DNA of 64,000 nt from Octopus sinensis (GCF_006345805.1 NC_042998.1:13454001-13518000), one strand, 5' to 3'. Counted from the stretch's first letter, positions 26,272 through 40,456 are shown. Numbers and translations are program-made. Notes: a model not told the origin generated them from the letters alone.

Positions 26272-26480
26272 TAAACATATAAGTATACACAAAGAGGTAC
26301 TGAATAGAATAAGCGGAGCAAGAGCACACACGAAGATGGAAAACTTCACTGAGGAAGTCCGGACAATGGACATGAGTAAAATAAGAACAGGAATAAACGA
26401 ATGAAGAACGAATAGAGAGTGCATATATTTATTTGACAAAAGAAAGAAAATAAAATAAAACTCACCATACCGAAATACGT

Positions 26481-27406
26481 GGGGGCAAGTATTTTGTGGT
26501 CAGGGTGTTAGCATCATGATCGTGAGATTGTGGTTTCGATTCCTGGACCGGGCGACGCATTGTGTTCTTGAGCAAAACACTTCATTTCACGTTGGTCCAG
26601 TCCACTCAGCTGGCAAAAATGAGTAACGCTGCGATGTACTGGAGTCCCGTCCAGCTGGGGAACACATACGCCATTGAAACCGGAAAACCGGGCCCATGAG
26701 CCTGGTTAGTGGAGGCGCGTGGCTTAGGGGTTAGGGTGTCAGCACCATGATCGTAGGATTGTGGTTTCGATTCCTGGACCTGGGGACGCATTGTGTTCTT
26801 GAGCAAAACACTTCATTTCACGTTGCTCCAGTCCACTTAGCTGGCAAAAATGAGTAACACTGCGATGGACTGGAGAACCGTCCAGCTGGGAAACACATAC
26901 GCCATTGAAACCGGAAAACCGGCCCATGAGCCTGGTTAGTGGAGGCGCGTGGCTTAGGGGTTAGGGTGTCAGCACCATGATCGTAGGATTGTGGTTTCGA
27001 TTCCTGGACCTGGGGACGCATTGTGTTCTTGAGCAAAACACTTCATTTCACGTTGCTCCAGTCCACTTAGCTGGCAAAAATGAGTAACACTGCGATGGAC
27101 TGGAGAACCGTCCAGCTGGGAAACACATACGCCATTGAAACCGGAAAACCGGGCCCATGAGCCTGGTTAGTGGAGGCGCGTGGCTTAGGGGTTAGGGTGT
27201 CAGCACCATGATCGTAGGATTGCCGTTTCGATTCCTGGACCTGGGGACGCATTGTGTTCTTGAGCAAAACACTTCATTTCACGTTGCTCCAGTCCACTTA
27301 GCTGGCAAAAATGAGTAACACTGCGATGGACTGGAGAACCGTCCAGCTGGGAAACACATACGCCATTGAAACCGGGTAACCGGGCCCATGAGCCTGGCTA
27401 GGCTTT
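26481..27406 (+). mobile_element. Tandem array of four tRNA-derived SINE family C units (~230 bp)
   Basis: Units start at ~26481, 26711, 26941 and 27172 (GGAGGCGCGTGGCTTAG..GGTTAGGG...GGTTTCGATTCC...GTGTTCTTGAGCAAAACAC); units 2-4 are nearly identical. Confidence 0.92.
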
Positions 27407-27892
27407 CAAAAAGGGTGAATTCATTAGTTATACTTTATACCGAAATACAATAATATCTGTTTCAACACACGGCTTTACATCAGGAATCTTGCAACACAAA
27501 TTCACACTCACACACAAACACAAACACATACACACAAACACACACATACTCACATATTTATATGAAGCATTTTAGTGAGATATTCAGTGTTTCGCCACCG
27601 AAGTTGTTTCATTAAATTATATCTCCAACAGTATTTTCTTTTTCCTGATATGTATTCATAGATTATTATGTTGTTTCTTGTGGCAACACTAATTGCATTT
27701 ATACATCCCTCTGAAACACAGATAATATCCACATTCAATTGGTGTCGACAAATAATTATAAGCAGATAAATAGAAATATGTTAAAATTCAATCAAACAAA
27801 CATTGGTGCGTTCTCACAAAACAATCAACACCGCAATTTTTTAATGCATTTAAGTATGTTATGTACCGATGCATATATTTTATATGTTCTTG

Positions 27893-27955
<63 letters not shown>

Positions 27956-28490
27956 ATGTGTGTATATGTATATATATTTACAAGAACATACATATATATA
28001 TATATGTATGTGTGTATGTATGCTTGTGTGTGCATGTTTGTCGGTGTTGGTAAGTATATGCGTATATGATTTTGTTGTTTTCGCATACATTTTGGAATTC
28101 AAGAGATTTTTTTTTTTTACTTTTGTATAATTAGGTGGCTCTGTGTTTATGAAAATGTAAAATAGGCTTCAGATAATGAGTGCGTTGAAATGTATTTTTT
28201 TCATAGAACATCATATTGATTAAATCAGTGAAGTAAAGAATAACAGCCGTTCTATATCAACTTTACGTATTTGACTTTCGATTAAATGCGAAGTTTAATG
28301 TCTTGTTTGGCTGGTGACGTGAAAGAGATGTACTAATATACTAAAGATTTTATGTTGCATGATGTTACTAATAAACATATGAATGTTCTGGAGCAATTAC
28401 CCAAAAGAAAATGTTACATATACATATAAATACATATATACATATATACACACACACACACACATATATATATATGTGTGTGTGTGTGTG

Positions 28491-28810
<320 letters not shown>

Positions 28811-31800
28811 ATGGCCAGAAGAAAGAAGCTAAATTAAATTGAGATAATAATGGTAATCCGGCAGGTGAGTAAGGGCGTGTGTCTACGCGAGAATGGTGTG
28901 TGTGAGTATGTCTCTGTGAATGGAGACAAGTACGAGTGAATGTATGTGTGAGCGAGTTTAAAATTATGTGGGCCTGTGTGCGTATATGGTGTATAAGTAA
29001 ACAAGTGCGTACTTTTTGTTCAGTGATGTCTGTTTATATATGGTGTGTATGTGTGTGTGCGTGTGCATTTTGACCTTGTGCATATCTGTGGGGTTATCAT
29101 GTATGTGTGCATATGCGTGATTGTGTATGGAAGTGCATGGCCTGTGTGCGTGTATGAGAGAGCTTGCGTGTGTGTACAAATAAAATGTTGCATGTTGTGT
29201 GGGGTGATGTGCGGTTTGTGTATCTGTGTGTATGTGAGTACATATAGACGTGTCTAAATGCGTGCTATACTATTGTGCTTGTGTATGTGTGAGTATGTTA
29301 TGTGTGTGTGTGTGCATATGCGCGTGCGTGCAAACGCTTGCGTTTCGCAGTTGATAGTTTCTTTTCAGCTTCTCTTCTTTGTAATCACCTATATTTTATC
29401 TTCAGGTAACAATAGTCGGGCCTCAACTGCTGCTCATGAGATGTCTTACTCAGCTAAGAGCCTGCCTCATTTGACAGACAAGTCCTCTTCACGCATTTAT
29501 CGTCTAGCATTGGAATTCGACTATTCATGGTTTTTGGTGGGAATTTCAAAGTAGTTAGTTCGTTTTCCATTTCCACCTCAGCGTAATGGTGGTATTGAGG
29601 GTTATTATAAACGACCATCACTACCTCAGGATTTGCTGTTGTCCATAATTTAAGAATCATCGGCTAAGACAATACTGCAAAATTGCTGCCTGGTGTAGAG
29701 AATGGTTTGGCATAGTTAAAGGCGGTATACAATGCCTATACCTCAGCATCGTTCTTTTTAATGATCATGTTAGTGCTTTGCCAACAGCATCCGGTGCTCT
29801 GTTACTGCCGTAGTTCTTCTTTCATTCCTATTTTATGGCATGCAGAACATACGTAGGAAGTATTATTTTTAAGCCGCATCCCTAGGCCGAAGTGTGGAAC
29901 AATATGGGCAAACATCCCTGGTCATATATTTTCTAATATAAAGATATCTCAAGCTGAATATTATATGTTGTTTCATAAATTTAATAGTTATTTATGCATG
30001 GTAATATTGAGTCCTGAGTTATAAGGGAACATCATATACTATTACTTTTAGAGACAAGACAACAATATTTTTACTACATGCAGGAAAATAATATATTGCC
30101 TCTACACGTTTGTTTCCTAAAAATGCACGCATAATATGCGAACCAGCGAAAGCCTCTGAATTTGCACGGTTCCTGTCTTTGGTTTTACTTTTTATTATCG
30201 ATATATTTTCTTATAAGGGTATCAATGTACATTGACATTGTATAGATATGTTAACTTTCAGTGATGTAGCTATCCCAAACAGATATTTCTTTGTAAATGA
30301 TATTTCCATACAGAAAGCTATTTTCCCTAATACTACTAGTAATATTTTCATGAGAAACCATCTATATTGATATTTACATAAATTTCATACACATCCTATT
30401 AGAGATCTATAAATGAGCTTGAGCAAATATGTTTACATAAATATTATAGATCATTAAAGGACTTTAGTAGTAAGGGCTAACAAACTTTTAACGACCGATA
30501 GCATAAACTACTGAAGAAAAGCAAGATATATATCGATGAGGAAACTAAATAAGTCTTAGTCAGGTTCATCGTATGTAAAATATCTACCAACATCGTTTAG
30601 AGGAAATACCTATCATGCTGAGTTGGGGGGCTGAGGGGCAATATTTATCGTGAGAATATTAGAACTCGGAGCAACGAAAAAAATAGAAGGAAAAATGTAA
30701 GTACAAAGAATTTTAAGCAACTTGTAACTGATTAACACTTACGATGCTTTGTGATATATTGTAAAAGAAAAAAGACAAATATTAAAAATGAGAATCCAGT
30801 AAACATTTTTGGTAGTATGACTGTCAGGCTGTTGAAAATGAAACGACAAAACAATTGCCACAAGCGAATATGCTAGTTCTAAAATCTTTCTAAGAGTCAG
30901 TTTGGACAAATCAGCGCTAAACGTATTGTGCGAAGTATAAGAGAGGATGATGTCAGAAGTATAATTAGTCTAGAGAGATAAACATATTAAATTTTCGTAG
31001 CGTAGGAAAACAATTTGTCATTTATGAAAACGAATGTCGAAACCATATACACAGAAGTGGGTATAAAAGCAAAATATCATTTCTGTAAGAGAAACGGAAC
31101 ATTTCTTCTGTAATTGTTGGTAATCATATACAATCTCCTAAATGGTTACGTTCAGAAATTATCAATAGATTTCAAATGATTAAGATAAAAATAAAATGAT
31201 AATACAATTATCATATAGTAATTAGTATGAGGCTTTCTAACATCAACCACTGAATGAGACGGCTGGCTAATTTTATGATCTTAATGAATACGCATTGCTT
31301 TACAGTAAGATATTCAGCAGAGGAATTAGGATACTTTTATGGCGTTATAATATTATCAAAAGTGAGAAATGAGAGATTACTGCATGAGGACAATGATTAT
31401 GCACAGTAGAAACTAACTGATAATTGAACAGAGAAGTATGCAACGCATTATGCGTCTGTTACATCTGGTTATGTCGTATGCGACATGGGCTTTGAACATG
31501 GAATGTTGAAAATTGAATTTGGAATTATTTCTTTGATGATAATTGTAGCTGTTGCTCTTCAAGGTTTATTCTTCATTTTGTCACATCAGTATTCATTCGC
31601 TGTGCACAATACTTCACGTGTATCTTCACATCAAATATTTATTTTATCCCTTGAAATTGCCTTGTTGTTCAATTTCCTACAACGTTTTATGCTATATTCA
31701 AATATAAGAAATTTGCCACTTCAGCCTACGAGTACCAGATGTACTTGGGTTTCCATTATCTTATCTTTGTGTGTTATTGAAAATACTAACACCGCGTCAA

Positions 31801-32023
31801 TCAAATAAATATGTGGTAAATCTGTAAGAGTACGACATTTATGTGATATCATTACACGCATATTACGTAGAGAAAGTGTTATTATGCGTTCATAAGTCTT
31901 TTAATGGGTTTCAATCATTTTCCCTCTTGGGAAAGGCGAAATATATATTGCTACCTTTCTTTTTTTATTTATGATAGTTTCGCGTCAATTGCTTTGCATG
32001 TTTGTATGTTCGTTGGTGGTTTT

Positions 32024-32066
32024 TCTGGGCGTAAAGCTCTGGGCGTAAAGCTCTGGGCGTAAAGCT
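32024..32066. repeat. 14-bp tandem repeat (TCTGGGCGTAAAGC)x3
   Basis: Direct reading. Confidence 0.9.
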
Positions 32067-33304
32067 AAAATTGTGCTACTCTTTAAGTGGTGAGTTTAAC
32101 ATTTCCAAATGTGGTTTTTGCCTTATAATTTATCTGACTATTTAAATGTACGCCGTTCTTCGGTATATTCATTCATTTTTTTTATATTGGTATGTCTATA
32201 AGAGTATTATTTCCTGTCGACAATGTCAATATAAAGATGTAACTAGAAACCATTTTCAATATTCAATTACTCAAGGAGAATATACCGCGTTTTATAAGCT
32301 GATATATTTTTTATATACCCTGAACACATACGCACAATAACATACATGGATGACACCGTCACATTCATTGCAACTCATGTTCAGACAGAGCTGAGAAATT
32401 TGTTAAAAGTTTTTAAATATCTACTTTGGTAATCTCGAGTCATAGTTTGATATCGCAGAATTTTATAACTATCTCTGCCCCTGTCACTATTGTTAACAAT
32501 ATATCCTAAAGCAAATTGACTTACCTTGAAAAAGGATTGATACTAACTACAATATAATAACTATAAATGCCATGGTCAATTCCCCTCCTGCAGACAAGTA
32601 GGAGTGCCCAGAAGTATACTAGACGTCTGAAAGAGTTTCATGTCCAATATGAAAACAAAATCCAGTTAACAAAAATTACTGCATTTCAACTGAGCAATAT
32701 TAACGCCAACTACGAAAATGAATGATAGCGCCGAAATAATTGATCTGGAATTTAGACTTAATAAAATAATTATTTGTATATCGTATATCTGTGGAGTTTA
32801 TGCTTGGAGCTTACATAGAGTCAATGACAGAAAAGTAGGTTATTTAGAACAGTAACCTGAAATAAGATGGCAAACATTAGCAATTTCAAAGCAGAATATC
32901 TATCATAATCGGGGGTGAATCATTCTGCGTTTATACAATATGTGTGTAACGCATATTTCGAATATCGTTGATATTCCATCATAAAATATTGACATTACTT
33001 ATAATTTACTTTAACACGCATAGATGTTATGCAAATTTAATAACTTACAATTTCCATTTATAACCATTATAATACATTCTTCTATACCGCAAGTACACAG
33101 ATTGAAGATCACCCCCATACAACTTTTTTCAAAATTATTTCATTATCGCTTCAGACACCGTATAACTTCAACGAATGAATTGCATCAAATTTGATATTAG
33201 ATTGCCACCGAATACTGCTATACATACATAAATAGATACATATGTGTGTGAACGTGTGTATGCGTGTGTGTGCGTATGTGTGTGTGTATATATGTGTCTG
33301 TATA

Positions 33305-33344
<40 letters not shown>

Positions 33345-33349
<5 letters not shown>

Positions 33350-33536
33350 TAAATATTAGGGAATATATCCAAATTTACAGGGAAATTTGTAACTGAATTA
33401 TTGGAAGTCCACCTGAAGATTGTCGATCAAGACAAGAAACGATTGTAGTGGCGTTTTTTTGACTATTTATTAAATTTTATGTATTGATTAAGTCTTTCCT
33501 TGTTTGTTTTGCAAAATAGTGGTTTTGTCTCAAATA

Positions 33537-33544
<8 letters not shown>
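33345..33544 (+). mobile_element. 200-bp minimal member of the 52-kb HHR element family, inserted in (TA)n
   Basis: 33345-33385 matches 52051-52091 directly; 33400-33544 is the reverse complement of ~52135-52282; (TA)n on both sides. Confidence 0.85.
33409..33451 (+). ncRNA. Canonical type I hammerhead ribozyme
   Basis: CCAC-CUGAAGA-UUGUC(GAUCAA)GACAA-GAAA-C(GAUU)G-UA-GUGG: full CUGANGA/GAAA/UH core, 4-bp stem I, 5-bp stem II, short stem III; predicted cleavage after GUA (33447). Confidence 0.85.
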
Positions 33545-33582
<38 letters not shown>

Positions 33583-33634
33583 CATATATATGTATATATA
33601 TATATATATATATATACATATACATACACACACA

Positions 33635-33745
<111 letters not shown>

Positions 33746-35012
33746 TAAGATCCAAAGATCGAGTTGCAGGAAGACGTTAGCTTCAAGCAAACTGTAGTAA
33801 AAATATAAAGAGCAACTTTCAGGCACACTAGTGGTTTATTAAGACGGAAGTTGTGTATTTTTCTCATGAAAGTACGATAAAATGAAAAAAGTTAATTTTA
33901 CATTTCACGGTAGGCAACTAAGTTTGCCAGGTATACGAATAAGAATACATGAGTTAAGGTTTGTGTTATGCTCTACACAATGTTAGAAGCATGTTTATCG
34001 TATAATTTTGCTTATACAATTGCTTAAAAGTGCTTAAAACTTGAAATGAATAGCTATCTCTGATAGATTGTAACAAAGGAATATGCATGTAAGTGAAATA
34101 ACACAAATACACATACCAACGTATATTCGCACACATATGCCGTATTTTAATGAGCCCCTAACGTATCAAGAGATACATAACCTATACACCAGACACATGC
34201 ACTAAACACTAGATTAATCACACTTATTTTATGAAGTAAACTGTATATATTCTACAGTGCCCGTCTGTATATCAGAGCTGAAAAAGGGTTAAAGACTAAT
34301 AGGATATAACAATTCGACATTCATGTCTGAAAGCTAATTTTCTCTCATATTCTTAAGAGACCAACATCATTATATGTCAAGTACTTATCTTGTTGCTGTA
34401 TGGCATCTGTGATACATTATGCAGTGAGATGTGCACTGCGTTCGTCATACCGAAGCTTTGTAAACTATCAATAATTGCCATCGATAAAATGATTTATGGT
34501 AACATAATTATTCATATGTTCTATGGAGAAATGTCAGAAATGGCGACAACGCATCTTGGAACTTTAGCTTTGTGCCTCAATAAATGAACTTCAATTTCTA
34601 TGGATGCTGATTTAGCCTTCAACTCTCAAAGATATCAGAATGTTAAGTACTGGCAACATACAGTGTTCTTGTTCATAGATTATATTACGAATATTAGCAT
34701 TTAATTCAGTTATAAGCAGTCTCATTCATAATAGATGTTTAAATTTTTATCACGATACATGTGTGCTTAATTATATTTCGCAGAAAATGATATTACATTT
34801 AAATGTATTTAGAGACATATATTTTGTTTACGAGAGGAAACAACTAAATATATAAGTATTAAATATAATCTTGATAATCAATTTCTCTCATTAATCTTTT
34901 TACCTACCACTTACAAAATATGCAATAATAACAGTAGGATATTTTAAGTGCATACTTCAAAAGAGATTTCCAAAACGACACGATTAATGCCGAATGTTTT
35001 CTCATGAATGAC

Positions 35013-35214
35013 TACTCTTTACTCTTTTACTCTTTTACTTGTTTCAGTCATTTGACTGCGGCCTTTAGTCGAGCAAATCGACCCCGGGTCTTATTCTTTG
35101 TAAGCCCAGTACTTATTCTATCGGTCTCTTTTGCCGAACCGCTAAGTTACGGGGACGTAAGCACACCAGCATCGGTTGTCAAGCAATGCTACGGAGACAA
35201 ACACAGACACACAA

Positions 35215-35249
<35 letters not shown>

Positions 35250-35418
35250 CATATATACGACAGGCTTCTTTCAGTTTCCGTCTACCAACTCCACTCACAA
35301 GGCATTGGTCGGCCCGGGGCTATAGCAGAAGACACCTGCCCAAGATGCCACGCAGTGGGACTGAACCCGGAACCATGTGGTTGATTAGCAAGCTACTTAC
35401 CACACAGCCACTCCTGCG
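35013..35418 (-). mobile_element. SINE family B, full length
   Basis: Reverse complement of 63173-63590 with a (TACTCTTT)n tail. Confidence 0.9.
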
Positions 35419-36004
35419 ACTATGTTTTTTTTTGTTTTCCTGACATATCACATTAGGATACACATCACTAATCACTTAGTATTTTACTTACGTAATGGGA
35501 CTACATTAGCGCATACACATTAACGAATACACACGCTCATATAAACACACACGTGCGCATATCTTTCACACACAGACAAACACACACACACACACTTATA
35601 TACTACATACATATCTCCATATCAATCTTAATAGCAGATACACAATTTATGAAGTCACCCAGATGCATTGACAACTATACTAGAGAGGCATCTGTTCACG
35701 TTGCTAACAGACAATAGCATCCTAACCAAGACTAAGAACATGGAACCCATGTATAAAAGTGCAGCCTCACACATATTCGACAGCATTATCACTTGGTGTT
35801 GAAACAGATGATCGTCTATCTCAAATTTGATGCGCTTGATTTCTAAATTCGATATACGTGTACATTTAGAAGGGTGTCCAAATTCATATTCCATGCGACA
35901 ACAGTGAGATGATATCAGAAAAACTGCTGAATGAAAGGAAACATTGGTATTTACATATACTTATACATACACTTCTGGCTTTCTTTTCTCTTTGAATAGA
36001 TTTA

Positions 36005-36432
36005 CTTTTTCTTTCACTCCTTGACTTGTTTTAGTCATTTGTCTGCGGCCATGCTGGATCACCGCCTTTAGTCGAGCAAGTCGACCCAAGGACTTATTCT
36101 TTGTAAGCCTAGTACGTATTCTATCGGGCCCCGAAAGGATGAAAGGCAAAGTCGACCTCGGCGGAATTTGAACTCAGAACATAGCGGCAGACAAAATACC
36201 TATTTCTTTATTACCCACAAGGGGCTAAACACAGAGGGGACAAACAAGGACAGACATAGGTATTAGGTCGATTACATCGACCCCAGTGCGTAACTGGTAC
36301 TTAATTTATCGACCCCGAAAGGATGAAAAGCAAAGTCGACCTCGGCGGAATTTGAACTCAGAACATAGCGGCAGACAAAATACCGCTAAACATTTCGCCT
36401 GGTGTGCTAACGTATCTGTCAACTCGCCGCCT
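36005..36432 (-). mobile_element. Chimeric SINE: family A head, duplicated A unit, family B 3' tail
   Basis: 36128-36432 is family A, with CCCCGAAAGGATGAAA...GAACATAGCGGCAGACAAAATACC present twice; 36005-36127 is the family B tail (AGTCATTTG..TGCGGCCATGCTGG..CACCGCCTTTAGTCGAGCAA). Confidence 0.85.
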
Positions 36433-39400
36433 TGCAATGCTTAAATATTGAGACTTTACAATGGTTGCATTGGTTCATTTTACTGAAAATGGATTTTGAT
36501 CGTCTTTCAGTAGAGACAATTTTTACGTATAAAACTTTTACGTGGAGCTGATCATGATTAGCTAATTCTGATGTCATAAAAATTAAAGGGTTAAGGACAT
36601 ATGTAGTTTCATGAAATATGCTTTCTAATTAGAGACTGGAAACTCTAGTTAAGTTACTGAAAATCACCTTACTGAAAATCACCTGTCTTGGATCGACTTT
36701 GCGTAACGGTAGTACTCGCTTGTCTTAAGGTATATGGTTATGCTCAGATAGTAGGACACAATTAAATGTGCTAACATGCAAAGTAATATCTACGTAGATA
36801 TTTTAAAGATTATTCCTGAGATCTCCGTGGAGTTTTATGGGCTTGAGATTACTACCCTTCGTATCTATATAGTAGTGTCACCGTGTTTACAACTGTAAAG
36901 GCGTCCAGGATAAATAATCCGAGAAAACCAAAATATTTTCCATCGTCGCAGTTCATTAATCATACACCATAAATTCTTACCCTCTCCTTTTCACTCAGTA
37001 ACAATAATTCTGAAATTTTAGTGCTTTTCTAGAAATCCTGTTATCGAGGCCGGTAATTCTGGCAACTAATTTTCTAAAGTCTACGGTGGTCAAGACGAGT
37101 AATGAGGTGAAGAAGTCTGGTATATCGAATTACGGAAATTTTGAGCTGCTTTATTAACACTAGTACCGGCTCATCCAAATCCCGCTACGTCAACGCCGTG
37201 GCTATTCTTATATAAGCGTTGTTGGTTTCGAGAACACATATACTGTATTACAATGCCAATCTCACTGTCGAGTGTTTTTATAAGTCGACATCTGGGAATA
37301 AATGGATGTTGAGTTTCTTCTTTTTAAGCGTGGTGTAGGATGCGTGTGACAATATGGTAATAGGATTACATACCTTTAGGAGGACAGCAAGAACTTTTGC
37401 TTTTCTGCTTATGTCATTATATGCGCTGTTGGTTTTCTTGCATGTTTAGTAATACTGTTTGTGTATGGACCAAATTTGTTTGGTGTATGTACTCTAGTTT
37501 TCAGTTACAATGTGTACGTAAGTTGAATGTTGAAATGTTTTAGAGATATAGTTAGGGTAAAGCGAAAATTTTAACATTTATATGGTGTTCATCGAATTAG
37601 ATTCTAAGTTCTGAATTTCTTTTGCTGAGAAGGACAACGTCTTAATTTCAAGACGAAGTGACACGCAAATGCGGTGGTAGTTGCATTCTTGGAGATTTAG
37701 TCTTTCTAATGCTTGCATCTCATTACATTTTCTGTTTCTCCACAATGCACGATGCCAACACAGTTTCGGCAACATCCTCTCTACTACGATAGATGCAGTT
37801 ACAAAACGAATTAAGTTAACGTCACTTGAGCAATGTGGGTCAAAATAATTAAAAAAATGCATGTACACTAAGGTTTTTTTAATCGTTCAAGCTGTCTTTG
37901 ATTATCTAACAAGATACACACGTACTGCTATCAAGAATATTTAACATTCGAACTGAGTGGAGATACTATCATAAATACACACTCTTGTATTATACGTGTG
38001 TGTATAACTCCTTCTCTCATCGTTTTGCGGGAAATTTATTTAATGCAGTTGCACCTCAAATCTTACGACGTATTGAAGTAATGTGTGATGTTGACAGGTG
38101 CATTATTTCAAATTTCCTTGGCTTAAATGAACGGAACGGCTGACTATCCAAATAACTCTGATTGTCTTTTGGGAAATATGAGGGGACTATGTTTGGATAC
38201 CGGTAATCTTCAGGGTAGGTTACGTGTTGAGGTTGTCTTTATGCAAGCATCATATTTCTCACGGGACCCTAATGACGAATCGGACAACGCCTTTGTGTTA
38301 CCTAACCTACGATATGTAGAATCTGACAGGTTTGTGAAATTAGATGTAGTGCAGCTTCTGCATTTTGAATTATTTCTGATTTTATGTGTGTTTGCTTGTA
38401 TGTAATAGATAAGATGAATAATCCAAGCAAACCATTTGCATGGATCTAGATAAGAAATTTATAATGCGTTATTAAATTACTAGCCTATTAGTTATTATTT
38501 TTGCTTTGATAAATCACTCTGAAGATAAATTCACATAATTACGAATGAAATTTCTGGAGTTAATCTATACATGTTGTCGAATACTTTAATTCAATTATAT
38601 GAATTCAAGTCATTAAGAAGCAATCTTAGAACATTTACTATTATCAATTAAGCAAATTTCACTTAGTGAAAAATTTACCTCATTCTCATACGCCCACATA
38701 TGAATGTGTCTGTGTATGCGCGCTAACATGTGCTTAATTTCGCATCAGTGCAGCCATTTTCAAACTGTACGTTGCTGCAAAATGCTCAGTCAGCCGAAAC
38801 GACTATAAATTAATGAGCCTCATCTGCAACTAATTTCAGACCGCCCTTTCTTAGTATGTAATTTAAAGTATTTACAATGAAAATGTTTTTTTTTAGTATG
38901 TATCTGGTTATTTATAAAATCATCTAAATTTTAATTTTTATGATAACAATAAAACTGTTTTCATTAACTTAATAAATTCAATTATGTTCAATCTATCATC
39001 CTGCAGTAAATATCGTTTAATACCTAACACCCGATTTCACGGATTTATGATGTGCCGAATAATATATCATGGAAATTTTATACTTAGAAATACAGATAAA
39101 AGACACTGAGAGATGAAAGGTATAATATAATCGACAAGGATTTGAATTTTGAAAGATAAATCGATGCCTCCTTGATTACAATATTTATGTCTTTTGCCCA
39201 GTAAAAGTATGATAAACTGTGAAAATATTATTCAGCTATCTAGTCAATACAGCAGCCATTTTGAGAATTGAACTGAATACTACTCGTACACGTTTAATCG
39301 ATCTCGTTTAGATTTAAAATAAAACGGTGGTTTTGGATTTAAATTCTTTTCATAAAAGACTTACCAAATACCGTTATTCTTTGTATCCTGTATTTTTCAC

Positions 39401-39545
39401 AAACTATCTTCTATCACCAAAAATAGAACTAATCTATACAGAAATTGATAAAATATTTAGCTCAAACTGCACTCAGCTTATTTGCTTTTCATTAATGTTC
39501 AGTCCACAAACTAAATATATATTAATGTCGAATTTTTGGATAAGG

Positions 39546-39746
39546 AAGGTGGTGAGCTGGTGGAATCGTTAGCACGCCAGGCAAAATGGCATAACGGCAT
39601 TTCACCTGTATTTATGTTCAGAGTTCAAATTACGCCGACGTCAACTATGATTTTCATCCCTTCGAGGATGTACTGAGGTTGATATAATTGACAATCATCC
39701 CCGCTCACCCAAAATTTCAGGCACTGTGCCTATTGTAGAAAAGATT
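39546..39746 (+). mobile_element. SINE family A copy (diverged, with head)
   Basis: AAGGTGGTGAGCTGGTGGAATCGTTAGCACGCCAGGCAAAATG...GAGTTCAAATT. Confidence 0.8.
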
Positions 39747-39811
39747 TATAGGATAACGACTAGATCCTTGTTTCCCATTCCATATTTGTTACTCTACAAT
39801 TAATGGCAAAC

Positions 39812-40032
39812 AAGGCACTGAGATGGCAGAATCTTTAGCAAGCCGGGCAAAATGCATTTCGGTATTTCTTCCTACTTTACGTTCTGAGTTCAAATTCCGA
39901 CAAGGCCAACTTTGCCTTTCATTCATTCGGAGTCAGTAATATAGATGTTAGTTGAGTACTGGGATCGTTGTATACGACTAGTTCCTCTCCTCCGAAATTG
40001 CTGATTTTGCACTAAAGTTAGAAGCCAATATT
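39812..40032 (+). mobile_element. SINE family A copy (diverged, with head)
   Basis: AAGGCACTGAGATGGCAGAATC...TTCTGAGTTCAAATTCCG...CTTTGCCTTTCATTC. Confidence 0.8.
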
Positions 40033-40371
40033 ATAAATAACATTTATATATTTAATCTTAGAAACAACGCTAGAAATATATGCACAGAATAACATAATAA
40101 GTTACTAATACTAATATTAATTAGAACCATTTCAACGCAAGGTATTCCTCTGTAGACGAATACTCACACTTGTTGCTTCGCTGCGTCAAATATTTAATGA
40201 GAGATTTCATTTTTCCTGCGTAGAAATGTTTTAGGACTGGCCAGGATGGTGCTTAACAAAGGAGATTATGAATTTTCAGTTTCATAATCATGTGATTGGA
40301 TCTGAGATCGAAGGGGCTCGGCAAAAATACCTCAAAATACTTTTTTCCGATGAACTAACCTCCTTGTCGAG

Positions 40372-40410
40372 AAGTAGTAATAGTAGTAGTGGTAGTAGTA
40401 GTAGTAATGA

Positions 40411-40456
<46 letters not shown>

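Noticed and set aside
26481-27406. CRISPR-like or tandem tRNA gene array; telomere-like TTAGGG
   Set aside because: Units are whole 230-bp SINE copies without unique spacers, the heads do not fold into full tRNAs, and TTAGGG is part of the A-box region.
29454-29900. Protein-like minus-strand frames (YVCSACHK...)
   Set aside because: Interrupted by stops and no family motif I can name; possibly a very old TE.
36900-37320. Possible decayed LINE endonuclease region on the minus strand
   Set aside because: Only vague resemblance (KNS..G..G); too degenerate to support.
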